64,000 nt of DNA from Octopus sinensis (lineage: Eukaryota): NCBI RefSeq assembly GCF_006345805.1, contig NC_043013.1, forward strand, positions 1,612,001 through 1,676,000, written 5' to 3'. Below are positions 1-13,624 of the stretch, piece by piece; the first letter of the stretch is position 1, and each line of letters begins with the position of its first letter. A program made the translations under genes and the position numbers. The notes beneath the pieces are model-generated. The model saw nothing but the letters and a program-made list of their open reading frames with translations. It ran no database searches and had not been told where the DNA came from.

Positions 1-330
1 TCGATATGTTTAAGGAAGGGTTTCAGGAGGATGTCCATAAATAGACTTAGTCTGTGTGTTTCACAGGTTGGGCCAGCTACAATGGGTCGTAGTTTTAGGT
101 CCCCCGGGTTAGGTGTGTGTATGTATGTCTTTGGTGATTTTTTAATGGTTTTATTTATAATTTGGCTTTTATATATTTTTGGCAGACCATAGAAGAGGCT
201 AGGCTTGCATTTAAAGTTTGTTAGAAAGTCAATCTCTTTGGTTGTTAGTTCCTTTTCATGGGTTTTAATTAGTGAAGACAGAGTTTTCATTATTTTTTGC
301 TCAAATCTTCTAGAATGTATTAAGAATGCA
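1..330 (-). mobile_element. Penelope-like element RT N-terminal fragment (degenerate, runs off window edge)
   Basis: Manual minus-strand translation: ...FLTNFKCKPSLFYGLPK/IYKSQ...GDLKLRPIVAGPTCETHRLSLFMDILLKPFLKHI, matching the PLE YGLPKIHK..LRPIV motif, with a frameshift. Confidence 0.75.
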
Positions 331-477
331 TAAATATATTATTGAGAAAAGGAAATATTATCTAAGAAAGAAGCAAATGAATTTAACTACAAATACGAAG
401 AAATGGTAAAAATTCTCCTCCATTGTATTTAATGTACAAACCAGAAGCAAATGAGTGAGCTTCTGTTTAGTCCCTGG

Positions 478-650
478 TCACTGTTAGCAATATCAAGTAA
501 ATCACCTTCAAATTTGAAACGGGACAATCATATTGGATAAAGTAATTCCGGATATGATTTGCACAAGGGAAGGGATGACCATAGCTGAAGCGCCTTTGAC
601 CCTAGATCTGATCAATAGGTCTGAACTAGAGTTAAACAACAACAACAGCC
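478..650 (+). mobile_element. Diverged SINE-like repeat ('family C', (CAA)n tail)
   Basis: Loose similarity to segments at 19040-19130/19856-19950 and 62440-62860; ends in aacaacaacaac. Confidence 0.35.
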
Positions 651-654
651 TCTT

Positions 655-1155
655 AACCCTTTGATGCCGGTATTACCCGAGGCATGCGAGACACTGCTCC
701 GGATTTTTTTTTTTATCTATTGAGGCCACACAAACACACAAGTGCCAACGAACTCGCGTCTGTTCACGTTCACCGTTACAATGACATAGCGTCGTACATT
801 TACGTCGACCGGTTTATGAAAACGAACTCTGTGAAGCTATTTATCATAATATGATATGCACGAGTTATTCCTACTCAAGTTTTAAAATTGCTTGCGTGTG
901 GTACAACTCAAAGCACGGTATTATGCATGTAAAGTGTCCGCATGTCATTAGTCTACTACTAGTCTCATGACTTGAACGTAACCTAAAATAGCTAAGATAA
1001 TGCACGGAACGGCGATAGCGAGCGTAAACATACGTCAGCCGCTAAAATGTCCGTGATTGACGTAGGGCAGCTCTACATCGAATATTTACGTTAACCGCGG
1101 GTAGGCAAGCAAAAGTGTGATCGCATATTTGCGTCAACCGTTCTCAAGCGGTCAA
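655..1155. mobile_element. Possible piggyBac-like non-autonomous remnant
   Basis: Starts TTAA-CCCTTT, CpG-rich, repeated subterminal-like motif cgtacatttacgtcgaccg / gcatatttgcgtcaaccg; right end degenerate. Confidence 0.25.
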
Positions 1156-1518
1156 TAATCCTCTTCCTCATCGTCAACTACAAAAACAACAGTAACGACA
1201 AGCAGCCCATTAAATCTTCAAATTCTGAACACAAAATACTCCTCCGATAAATAACTAAATTCGTACACATATCACAGAAATCTCATCAAACATGACCATA
1301 CTGCCAATGCTGGTTTTAAGCTTGCGTGAATTGAATTATATTGTCTTTGAAATTTCTGGTCAAATCGACTTCATTGTGCGATTGTTATAAATAAAAATCA
1401 AGCAAATCTTGTCACTTGGATTTTATTCTAATTCTTTTCCAATTATAAATTCATGGATAAAAAACAAACAAAAACTGTGCAAATGATAAATTCAAATCTC
1501 ATTTTCAAAGAATATTAA

Positions 1519-1898
1519 GGCGGCGAACTGGCAGAAACGTTAGAACGCCGGGCAAAATGCTTGGCGGTATTTTGTCTGCCGCAACGTTCTGAGTTCAAAT
1601 TCCGCCGAGGTCGACTTTGCCTTTCATCCTTTCGGGGTCGATTAAATAAGTACCAGTTATAATCGACTTAATCCGTTTGTCTGTCCTTGTTTGTCTTCTC
1701 TGTGTTTAGCCCCCTGTGGGCAGTAAAGAAATAGAAATAAGTATTACGTCTGCCGCTACGTTCTGAGTTCAAATTCCGCCGATGTCGACTTTGCCTTTCA
1801 TCATTTCGGGGTCGAATAATTAAGTACCAGTTGCGTACTGGGGTCAACTTAATCCCCTCCCCCCAAAATTTCAGGCCCTGTGCCTAGAGCAGAAAAGT
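1519..1898 (+). mobile_element. Nested tRNA-SINE pair: tail-B SINE inside the head of a tail-A SINE
   Basis: A box TGGCAGAAACGTTAG, B box GAGTTCAAATTCC, central CCTTTCATCCTTTCGGGGTCGA domain twice; 17-bp TSD attttcaaagaatatta at 1501-1517 and 1899-1915. Confidence 0.9.
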
Positions 1899-2578
1899 AT
1901 TTTCAAAGAATATTATAGAAATATTGTTTTATTTATTCATGGGGAAAGTAATAATAATTTGAATAAAATAATCTAAATCCTACATTTCTTTTCTTCAATT
2001 CTTAGGTACTTATCGTTCATATGTTTTTTTTTCTTCCATTTAATAAAATACATCTCATATTTTATCATATGTATATAGAAATATTCGCGATTTTGTTAGA
2101 CCAATGCGCATGCAGCTATTGCTAAAATTGCACCTGATTATTTTCTTTATTCCAGCAGATGTCTATATAAAACGTAGATACACATTTATTTTACAGACAC
2201 TTATACACTTGTGTCATATTATCCATCAAACTCCTTTGATATCATACGCTTTTATTCAGAATCAATGAAATGTTAAAATATTGTAGTTTAATGTCTCACG
2301 TGGCTTGCAAGCCCCATTTTGTGTGTACACCTGCTGCATAATTTAGCACTAATATTATTTGAGTCTTTATTTCCCCTTCTCTTTATTGATATTTTTATAG
2401 GTTTCAATGCTGTAATTTTAATGCTTTCAACGCGTACTATAGAAGATCATGTACTAATACATCGCATTCATCTTGCAAAACCATGTCAATACAATCCGGA
2501 ATTATGAAGAACAACAAACTTTACGTTATTTACATTATTTACAATTGACGGATATTTGTCCTCATCTTGTTTGTTGTT

Positions 2579-2624
2579 AACACAACGTTTCGGTTGATAT
2601 ACCCTCCAGCCTTCATCAGGTGTC
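2579..2624 (-). ncRNA. Minimal hammerhead ribozyme motif, mirror copy
   Basis: Reverse complement of the same core, one stem II mismatch (ggctg/caacc). Confidence 0.6.
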
Positions 2625-2777
2625 TTGGGGAAATTTTGAACCTGGGTTCTGATTCCTAAGGTATTTTTCGATGTTATTATTATTCAGGTCATTTCCTGGA
2701 AACCACTACGCCATATGCCCACGGGTATATGGCGTAGTGGTTAAGGGCGCGGGCTACTAACCCCAAGATTCCAGTTG

Positions 2778-2816
<39 letters not shown>

Positions 2817-2892
2817 TAATAATAATAATAGCAACAACAACAACATTGAAAAATACCTTAGGAATGAGAACCCAGGTTCAAAATTTCCCCAA

Positions 2893-2938
2893 GACACCTG
2901 ATGAAGGCTGGAGGATATATCAGCCGAAACGTTGTGTT
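2893..2938 (+). ncRNA. Minimal hammerhead ribozyme motif (palindromic stem III)
   Basis: gacac-CTGATGA-a-ggctg(gaggatatat)cagcc-GAAA-CGTT-gtgtt: stem I gacac/gtgtt, perfect 5-bp stem II, ACGT palindrome, GUU cleavage triplet. Confidence 0.75.
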
Positions 2939-3369
2939 AACAACAAACAAGATGAAGGCAAATATCCATCAATTGTAAATAATGTAAATAATGTACATAA
3001 TTCCTCATCTCTTAAATATAGAAACTTTAAGTTGTTGTTAACCTCAAATAAGTCCTGAAACGGTAGAGCTACGATCAAAGTTATGTCTCTCTTAACTGTA
3101 TCGTCTTATATTAAGATAGAATGTATCTAAGACGATGTAGAGTGGTTTGAATTAGGCTTTGCTCTTATTCTAGCAAGTCGAGCTATCACGTAGATGTCCC
3201 CTCCTTGAATCTTTGTTTAACGCCAGATCAGACCTGATCGACCAGATTTAGAATCAAAGCATTCCTATCCATGAACATCTCATAATTTTTTTCAGGTATA
3301 AGAGTACCTTTGTTAACACTATCCAATGTGCGTGCTCTTTTTAATGACCCCATTTCATTCAGTCGTTTT

Positions 3370-3660
3370 CGACCCACCCCTGGTTGGATATATTCCTCCC
3401 ATGATTGGTTGATCGACCACCGATACCCAGGCGGAATTCGAACTCAGAACGTAAAAACCTACATGAGATACTGCAAGATATTTTGTCCAATAATCTGATA
3501 ATTCCGCCAGTCTACCGGATCTATTGATATTTATTTTATCGTCCGAATGGGTAAAAGGTAAAACTGACTTCGGCTGATTTGAACTCAGGATGCAGTGAAG
3601 AACAAATGCCATAAGGCATTCTATCCGACAATTCAATATCTCTGTCACTTTGCCGCTGCT
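3370..3660 (-). mobile_element. Old degraded SINE copies (same head/B-box family)
   Basis: ggcggaattcgaactcagaacg and ggctgatttgaactcagg, reverse B-box regions with diverged flanks. Confidence 0.45.
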
Positions 3661-3989
3661 TTATAATGGAAATGTCTAATATGAGGGATATTCGACTGCT
3701 ACTTGTAACATGAGGAGCAGCGAGCTGGGGGCTTCCAAGCTGAGCTTGTTCGAGTATGTAGAACTATATCATATAATATTTTCAGTGTGTAAGACGATAT
3801 GGAAAGTTTCGAAGGAGATTTGGCTGCTATTTCTAGCATGTCTAGGGACTACATATGAGAGCTACTTCTTTGGCTCCTTCATGGTGAAGAACTATTCAAA
3901 CATTAAAAGCTAAATAGCATATTCCTTTTTCATACATCAAGCTATGAATTTCATCTTTTTCTGTTGTTGTTACTATTATTATTATTATT

Positions 3990-4505
3990 ATTATTATTGA
4001 GTGAGAGAGCAGTTCATGCCATCAAAGTGACACTGGGGTAAAATATACGAAGCCCAATATACCCATCATGACTACCCGTCTGATAAGGGCACACCAGGCA
4101 CATGCATCACAACCATATGTGCGCGACATGGTGATCTCATATCAAGATAAACAGCACATGACCTTGCAGGTGGAGCCCAGTTAGAATTTTCTTCAGGTTG
4201 AGTAGTCCATCCCGCTCAAACGGTCCCTGAATAAGGGTTGTTTAAGGATGTTGAAAGAACCACCCATGTTTCCAGAGGTGAATTATTCAAACCCCAAAGA
4301 ATCCCTCTCAACACATGGCTATGATGCTCCCCCACTACTTCTGCTCATGATCAGAGATGCACATATCGTCAGCCACTAAGGGACATGCTCAACTGGTTAA
4401 GGTCAAACAACTGACAAGCAAATCTGTGGTATTGAGCAGAATATTTGCTGTAGCCCATCTTTTATACCAAGACAAAACAATGTACATGATAACACTTCCA
4501 ATCAG
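3990..4505 (-). mobile_element. Interspersed retroposon with (TAA)n tail (SINE-like)
   Basis: Minus strand ends ...tgctctctcactc followed by (aat)n; non-coding; recalled as a common octopus repeat. Confidence 0.45.
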
Positions 4506-4567
4506 TTTATTATTATTATTATTATTATCATTATTATTTTTGTTGTTGTTGTTGTTGTTGTTAGTAT

Positions 4568-4900
4568 TAGCGGCAAAATCGTTAGCACGCCGGGAAACAA
4601 ATGCTTAGCGGTATTTCGTCTGCCGTTGCGTTCTGAGTTCAAATTCCGCCGAGGTCGACTTTGTCTTTCATCCTTTCGGTGTCGATTAAATAAATACCAG
4701 TTACGCACTAGGGTCGATATAATCGACTTAATCCGTTTGTCTGTCCTTGTTTGTCCTCTCTGTGTGTAGCCCATTGTGGGCAGTAAAGAAATAGGTATTT
4801 CGTTTGTCTTCTCGTTCCGAGTTCAAATTCCGCCGAGGTCGACTTTGCCTTTCATCCTTTTGGGGAGGGACAAAATAAGTACCAGTTGAACAGTGGGGTC
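4568..4900 (+). mobile_element. Nested tRNA-SINE pair (tail-B unit inside an older copy)
   Basis: Head + body + tail gggcagtaaagaaatag, then gtatttcgtttgtcttctcgttccgagttcaaattcc restarts the body at 4795. Confidence 0.88.
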
Positions 4901-5945
4901 TATTTTCTTTTATACTCAGTAAAATATTATTTTCTACTCGTACTGTCCCGGTATACGGAGACTGCTTAGAGCGAAACAGCACCTAAACTGACCCCCACTC
5001 ACCAAAAACGTCTAAATCATATTAAGGAATGTGCAAACTACAACGAAAACGAAACATAGAAACGACCGGCAAACATGAACGTGTTTGGGCAAACGAAAGC
5101 GTGACGAATATAAATGAAAGCTCATCAGTCGCAAGTGTACTTTCCAATGAGAAATCTCTTTGTGTTAACCATTTCACAGAAGAGACAAAGGCAGGGAAGT
5201 AACTGATTCATATAACGGGCGACATCCTGTTCACATCTATCAATAGGCTGTGTGTGAGGAGAAGGGGAACATGCTTGCACCTTGCCACGGTCACGTGAGT
5301 TTTCTTTGTCCTGTCTAAGGAATAACAGGAGACAGCTCTCACAGTTAAATGAAATCTCGTTCTGTCGGGAGGAAAAATTTATGGTACCGTACGTGTTAGA
5401 GGAGGGACTGATATGCCTTACAGAAAGAGTATGAGACATATCCGCCTTAAAGAGTTCCCACTGCATTTGGGAATGAGAAATACAAAAATCAGAATGAAAG
5501 GCATTATTGACCACCCCGGACTCTAGTTTGTAGTCTCTTCGTGGCACAATGAGGGCAGATATCAACGCTAACGTATCCTTCAATGATATGTGATCAGGCG
5601 GTATCAATATCAATAATCGGGATCAATATGAAAAAAGTGATCCTACAAAATAGGATCATAAACCCATCTTATAATCATGCTCTGTGACAAGTGTTGAGAG
5701 GAAGCCCTTAAATCTGAGTTCCAGATCCTAAAACTCAGTTACTTGAGGGGTAGTAACATTCATTTAAAAGCGCTTTCTACCGCTAAGGATTCAAAGGAGA
5801 AAAGTAACAGGAGCAAATGGAGTCTGCTGCCGTTAGGGCGGCATCTTATACCAAAGCTTCAATGACTCTAGAATCGCCCCCAAAATCGCCTTGCTTTCAT
5901 TTCCGGAAGTGAACCAATAGACTCCACAAAAAAAAAAATTTTCTA

Positions 5946-6089
5946 AGTGGCTGTGTGGTAAGTAGCTTGCTAACGAACCACATGGTTTCAGGTTCAGTCC
6001 GCTGCGTGGCACCTTGGTCAAATGTCTTCTACTATAGCCTCGGGCCGACTTGAGTAGATTTGGTAGACGGAAACTGAAAGAAGCCCTTC

Positions 6090-6175
<86 letters not shown>

Positions 6176-6390
6176 TTGTGTGTCTGTGTTTGTCTCCCCA
6201 ACATCGCTTGACAACCGATGCTGGTGTGTTTACGTCCCCGTAACTTAGCGGTTCGGCAAAAGAGACCGATAGAATCAGTATAAGGCTTACAAAGAATAAT
6301 TCCTGGGGTCGATTTGCTCGACTAAAGGCGGTGCTCCAGCATGGCCTCAGTCAAATGACTGAAACAAGTAAAAGTGTAAAAAGTGTAAAG
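5946..6390 (+). mobile_element. CORE-like tRNA-SINE (OR2-like), full length
   Basis: tRNA-like head gtggctgtgtggtaag..ggttcagtcc, CORE-like caccttggtcaaatgtctt, internal (TA)n(TG)n, tail tgactgaaacaagtaaaag; multiple copies in the window. Confidence 0.85.
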
Positions 6391-7383
6391 TGTATTTCAA
6401 GCCACGCCCACTAAAGTAAAACTGAAACTGTACAAATAATACACTTCATACAAAGAAGAAAAAAACAAATAGTTTTAATTGAAACACAAAATATTGATAG
6501 TAAACACGAACAAGAAAAAACTACAGATGTATTACCTCCATAGTATAGAAATCGTGTCGACAATGACAACAACATCAACAGTCCCTATGTATGTCGTACA
6601 TAATGTGTAAACAAGAAGAGCGAAAGGGCGCCTTTTGCCAACGTCCTTCAATACATTTTTGGTAATATTTTGTTTAGATGAATGGCACCAGAATTTCCTC
6701 AATTGCTCACAGAGGTTCGAGGATGTTGAAAGTAATGCATCTTTGGACTTTACGAGAACAGCAGGTTTCCATGTTCCCATCAAACAAAAGTTGGAGGCAG
6801 TCCTGGCAGAGAGTACTACATTTAGAACATAGAACGGAGTGAAAGCACAAGCCCTACACTTGCATAATAAGTTGGTTCAGCAATATTTGGGAATGAAGGA
6901 CCTAAAGGGGTCACTTTCTAGAACATATATGATATGGTCCGGTGGGATAACCTTAGGTATACAAACTATCCTGACCCAGCAAAACTACAAAAAAACACTA
7001 CAAGGACTGTGTCCTGTGGAGGCTGCTGAGGCAAAGATCCTAAAACTCAGCATCCAAAGGATGCGACTCAGCTCTTGTACAACAAAGAAAGCCTAAAAGA
7101 ACAAAACCAACAACAAACTATGTGGAGTATCGGTCCAGGAGCAACACCAGGCAAATGAAGCAGGCCCTGTCCTTAATAGCAGGAGCGAGCCAGGAATCCC
7201 AAAAATATGCTTTCTCACCAACCACAATTGGCAAAAACAAGGAAAGTTTTCCATAATAACAACGATAACAATAAGTAACACTAAACCAGCAGGTAGTGCC
7301 ATCTCATAGCAGCTCCACCCTTGTAAGGGTGGGCACCAGAGAGAGGCCGGTGGTGAACAGCAGACTTCTTTATAAAAACGAAC

Positions 7384-7426
7384 GCATACATACATACATA
7401 CATACATACATACATACATACATACA

Positions 7427-7458
<32 letters not shown>

Positions 7459-7460
7459 CA
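7384..7460. repeat. (CATA)n microsatellite
   Basis: Direct reading. Confidence 0.95.
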
Positions 7461-8335
7461 TAGATCGTTAGCCACTACAAAAAATTTTTTCTCGCCTTAT
7501 TTCTTTCCTTGTTTTTTTTTCTGTGTCCCTTTCTGTAGAAGAGCGTAGGCTCGAAACATAAAAGACTTTTTCAATTCCTGAGCGTTATACTAATACATCT
7601 GTTTGTTTTGTACACCACCTGTCTTCGTCTTTTGTTTTTTCCGTAAACTCTCCCTATATATATATATATATTATATATATATATATATATATAACTTTGA
7701 TAGGTTTCGGCCAGTATAGGCACAGGCCATGTCTAACTCAATAGCACCGCACATATATATATTTATATATAACTACATAAATATTTTTTATAAACAAACC
7801 CGAAAGGCTTAGCGAGTTACGGAGAGAAAGCTACTATGGAAGGGTCATAGTATTATATGACTGCATATAATATACATCATAATGGTATTTATTCTCCGAT
7901 TTGAAGCGACAATTTTTAAATATGAACAAATGACCCAAAAATGATGAGCTAACCTGAGGCTGAATCGAACTTTTAAAAAAAAAATACGTTTAAACATTTC
8001 ACTTGGTCAAAATCAAACCGAATGTTTGTATTGAAGAAGCCGGGATAGGTAATGGCTAACAGTGGTGGTTGCAATAACATGAACGAACTCGTCTGCAAAT
8101 TACAAACCTGTGAACAAATATTCACACTGATGCTAAAAATGAAAACAAAAACAACAGCAACAACAAAAAGCAGCCAGAAGTGACGCCCCTCCCCCCATTG
8201 TACTACTGATAAACTCACCGACAAACAAAATTGACAAAATTGAGTGGAATAGACGAAACGAAAATGTGAACAATTACAAGAGCAGCGGGGGTCGGTGCTA
8301 GAATCACCATTTGCGAATGTCGCAGCGTAAAAAGA

Positions 8336-8554
8336 TATTTCTTTATTGCCCACAAGGGGCTAAACATAGAGGGGACAAACAAGGACAGACAAAGAAATAA
8401 AGTCGATTACATCTACCCCAGTGAGTAACTGGTACTTAATTTATCGACCCCGAAAGGATGAAAGGCAAAGTCAACCTTGGCGGAATTTGAACTCACAACG
8501 TAGCGGCAGACGAAATACGGCTACGCATTTCGCCCGGCGTGCTAAAGCTTCTGC
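8336..8554 (-). mobile_element. Tail-B tRNA-SINE with 15-bp TSD
   Basis: TSD cgcagcgtaaaaaga at 8321-8335 and 8555-8569. Confidence 0.92.
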
Positions 8555-9154
8555 CGCAGCGTAAAAAGAGACCAAGGCACCAAGACACCACCAAAGCAAC
8601 GATTTTTGGCAAGAGTTTGTGAAGAAGCACGACCTGTTTTTCCTATAAAACTGTCCAGCACTGGGTCACGTGGAATTAGTGTACTTTGCGTCAGTAAGAC
8701 GTTTTTTTTAATATATATTATCCAAACCAACATAAAACAGATTCTCGCTAAGGTGTGGGTTAGTATACTGTGGATAGAGTGAGGAAAAATATACAGAAAT
8801 ATGCAGGGTCACATTCCAGTACTTAGGTTTGTGCTGCAGTAATGACTCAGAGAAACACAAGGATGACATTTGAAAGTTTTTCCAGTGACGTTAATCCCTG
8901 CACAATTTTTACTTTTTGTTTCGTAGCACAAAATGGGCAAATTGTGAGTGAGAAGGTAAAAGGGAACCGTAAGAAGGAACGAAGAGTTTGTGTTTAAAAG
9001 TACGGATGAGTTTGGCCTTGCACGGTTCTGAAATGTCATTTCAGAATTGTGCCCTATTGATGACCCTGGCCAAAAGTAGTAAGAATAGTGATCCATTGCA
9101 GAATAGTGATCCATTGCAGGTAATTAGTTGGGCTTTGCGTGGATATATGCACAC

Positions 9155-10770
<1,616 letters not shown>

Positions 10771-10779
10771 GGTGGTTGT

Positions 10780-11130
10780 CTACTCCTTATGCTGAGTTTG
10801 ACTACCTCCTGTACTTACACCTTAGAACCATCATGGCATCTGATATAGCTTTTTAAACCAGACAATGTTCTGAAAAGACATCCACATAGACTGCACATCC
10901 ATTTTGGACCACTAAGAGCAGCAGATAAGTTTTGAACTTTGTGAATCTTAAAATGCCTTTTGAGGCCTCTTTTAGATTTGCAGACCTGGCATACATTGCA
11001 CTGAAAGGTGTTCACAGACATATAGGCAGAATAGTTAGTGGAGGTTGGTTTTCCATGGGTTCGCAAATGAGATTTGAGCCCAACTAAAGAAAGGTATTGT
11101 CTGTCAGAAACTGTGCCCACGTATATATAA
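10780..11130 (-). mobile_element. Three C2H2-like zinc fingers then a stop and short 3' tail; probable RTE-type LINE 3' end
   Basis: LSLVGLKSHLRTH / CNVCQVCKSKRGLKRHFKIH / CSLCGCLFRTLSGLKSYIRCH; similar finger at the end of the RTE remnant at 17.6 kb. Confidence 0.55.
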
Positions 11131-11229
11131 TCTCTGTGTGTATGTAGACACACACGCACACACGCACACACACACACACATATACAAAATATGGAAGTTT
11201 ATTTTACAGGTGATTTAAATGACTAGGTT

Positions 11230-12945
11230 CGCTAGGTAAGTACTGTAACGGATTATTAGGGCTCCAAGATTATAGCCGAAACGGTAGTTATGAAGCCATT
11301 GCAGACTTCCGATATAGCAGATATTTAATTGTTAAAGAGGACAACAAACGTTAAGGCAAAGCAAACATCTCGAGTCATATACGTTATTATTATTGGAAAA
11401 AAATATTTTGAAGTCTTACAAATTGAAAGATATCCTAGAGTATGGGATATTCCGTCATCGGAGACAAATAGAGAAAATGAGAAGGGTGCAGATTAATGAA
11501 ATGACTACATAGAGGACAAGAGTAAAGGAATAAAGAGATGAAGAAAGAGAAGAAAAAAGAAGCATAAAAATTCACAGTTCAACTTTCCGATCTTGTAGAA
11601 ATAAGTCCATAAGTCTTTAGGTGCAATCCTGCGTAAATCGATGCGGGTTAAAGTCCTGATAGTGTAAATATCCAGAAAAAAGACGCGAACATATCAACGT
11701 TCAATAACCGAATGGTAGCGGAGGTGGTTATTAAGTGGTAAAAAGAAAGAAAAGTAAATAAATAGGAAGAGAGGTAGATAGGGTGAGGGGCGGAGTTAAG
11801 GATTGGCTTTAAGGATAAAGTAAGGTATATAAAATTATGGTATTCTTCCTGTCTATAGGGGTTGGGGAGGAAATCTAGTAGTAAATGATTGTGTCCGTTC
11901 TGGCTAAGGTCAGTGGCTGTAGAGTTATTTTTAGTAATGGGGTTATGGGTGTGTAGGTAGTCATGAATGGAGAAACTAGTTAAATTAAATTATTTAAGGG
12001 TAGGAGTTAGAATTAAATATTAGGGGATTATTAGGTCATGGTTTAAAAATAAATTAAAGAGTTAATATTTGTCTTATAAAGTGATGGGGTAAGGTTGATC
12101 GAAGAGATATAGAGGGGTATATGTTAACATTCATCGAGGTTTGTATGTGGGTGTTATTCATGGGGGGAGGGGTGAATACACATTCAGATTTGTGAAAGAA
12201 TTTAAAAGTACGGAAGAGTTTGTTTCCTCGTTGTGAAGCTTCATTGTGATTATTAAGCAATTGTGGTGAATTATGGGTTAAAATTTTCAGGGCTTCTTTT
12301 AAGCAGGAAATCTTCGATAACTACGCCATTTACTACAACCAAGCTCTAGTTGCTAGTGGTTTCTCCCAAATTAGATTTATACCCAACACTAGACTTAAGG
12401 AACACCTCTCGAAACTTAGCTCTAGACAATCGAACACAAATATTGGAAATTCAATCCCTCCTACTACGATCAGTAAATCTCGCCCGCCTAACACCCACAT
12501 GCATAACACTCGGCCTATGAACACTAATACTTATACTAAACCTTTCAACTGTTCTCTAACATTCACTAGGAATTGCACCTCCCCAAACTTTCCTAATAAA
12601 AACGACGAGAGATCTATTCTCTGGTATACACCTCCATTTGCTTTAAATGTTGAGGGCCTCGCTAAGCATTCTTTAAAATAGTAGAATCTAATTTCCCACG
12701 TAACCACAAGTACCATTCTATCTTTAACAGATCCACTTTGAAATTATCCTTATTCATCTACTTCAAATATAGAATCTACTATCACCTCATCTCACAAACG
12801 TAAACTTAGCTCTTACTATCTAAATGCATACGACCCTACCGTAGACCTACACAATGAAAACATTAACACCGATCGCAGTACTCAGAAACAGCTGTAAGAC
12901 TTTGAATTGCTTTGCCTTAACGTTTGTTGTCCTCTTTAACAATTA
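11230..12945. mobile_element. Rearranged Penelope-like element (strand switch near 12310)
   Basis: Plus strand ILWYTPPFALNV and NFPRNHKYHSIFNRSTLKLSYSSTSNIESTIT (PLE pre-GIY-YIG region); ~38-bp tgctttgccttaacgtttgttgtcctctttaacaatta at ~12908(+) and ~11325-11362(-). Confidence 0.6.
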
Positions 12946-13311
12946 TATACATACACACATACATACATACATACATACATACATACATACATACATACAT
13001 ACATACATACATACACACATACATACATACATACACGAATAAGTACATAAATGTGAAACAAGGTGTAAAACAAATAGTACTCAAATACCGGAGGTAGAGT
13101 AATATGCTTTAATATTAAAGCTGCAAGAATATCACAAACATATATAAAAAAACTGCTACTCAGAGTTTCACGTACTCGTTCGTCGGACACTTGTGATCAA
13201 GAATGGATCCATTCTTGACAACACCTGCCCGACGAACGAGAACCTGAAACCCTGCGTAGCAGTTTAAAAAAAAAATTTTATGATGTTTTGCAGCTTTAAT
13301 AAAAAATATAT

Positions 13312-13356
<45 letters not shown>

Positions 13357-13624
13357 GTGTGTGTGTGTGAACCTCACTATAGAACAAATAGTTCGGAATA
13401 TAAATAAAATCAACCAAATGACAATAAAATAAAATGAAAGAACATCAAAATTGTGTTATAACATAGTAAACCGGTGTGACTTGAGGACAGAGAGTGTTTC
13501 CTGGACCAACACAGTGAGAAAGTGTTAACGAAGACTTTTGGGTGCACAATATTTCTATACGAGCAATGGCAGGTGAGAAAAGAGGAGGGATGATCCTACT
13601 CTGCCAAAGCCAACGGTTACTCAC

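Larger units (their letters stand above)
2522..3045. mobile_element. Head-to-head palindromic element: tRNA-like head + (AAT)n + Penelope-type terminal repeat
   Basis: Arms ~2522-2720 and ~2723-2995 are reverse complements apart from internal deletions; centre aaccactacgccatatgccc-ac-gggtatatggcgtagtggtt; same arms at 51631-51915. Confidence 0.75.

Noticed and set aside
2723-2790. Genuine tRNA gene
   Set aside because: B box/T arm missing and fused to a repeat; a SINE-type head rather than a tRNA
5125-5613. 162-aa minus-strand ORF
   Set aside because: No recognisable motif, non-ATG start, no clear splice support
6520-7330. Coding-like plus-strand stretch
   Set aside because: Several stops and no motif I can assign; possibly decayed TE
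8804-9068. CAGGGTCA...TGACCCTG possible hAT MITE ends
   Set aside because: Only 8 bp and no 8-bp TSD
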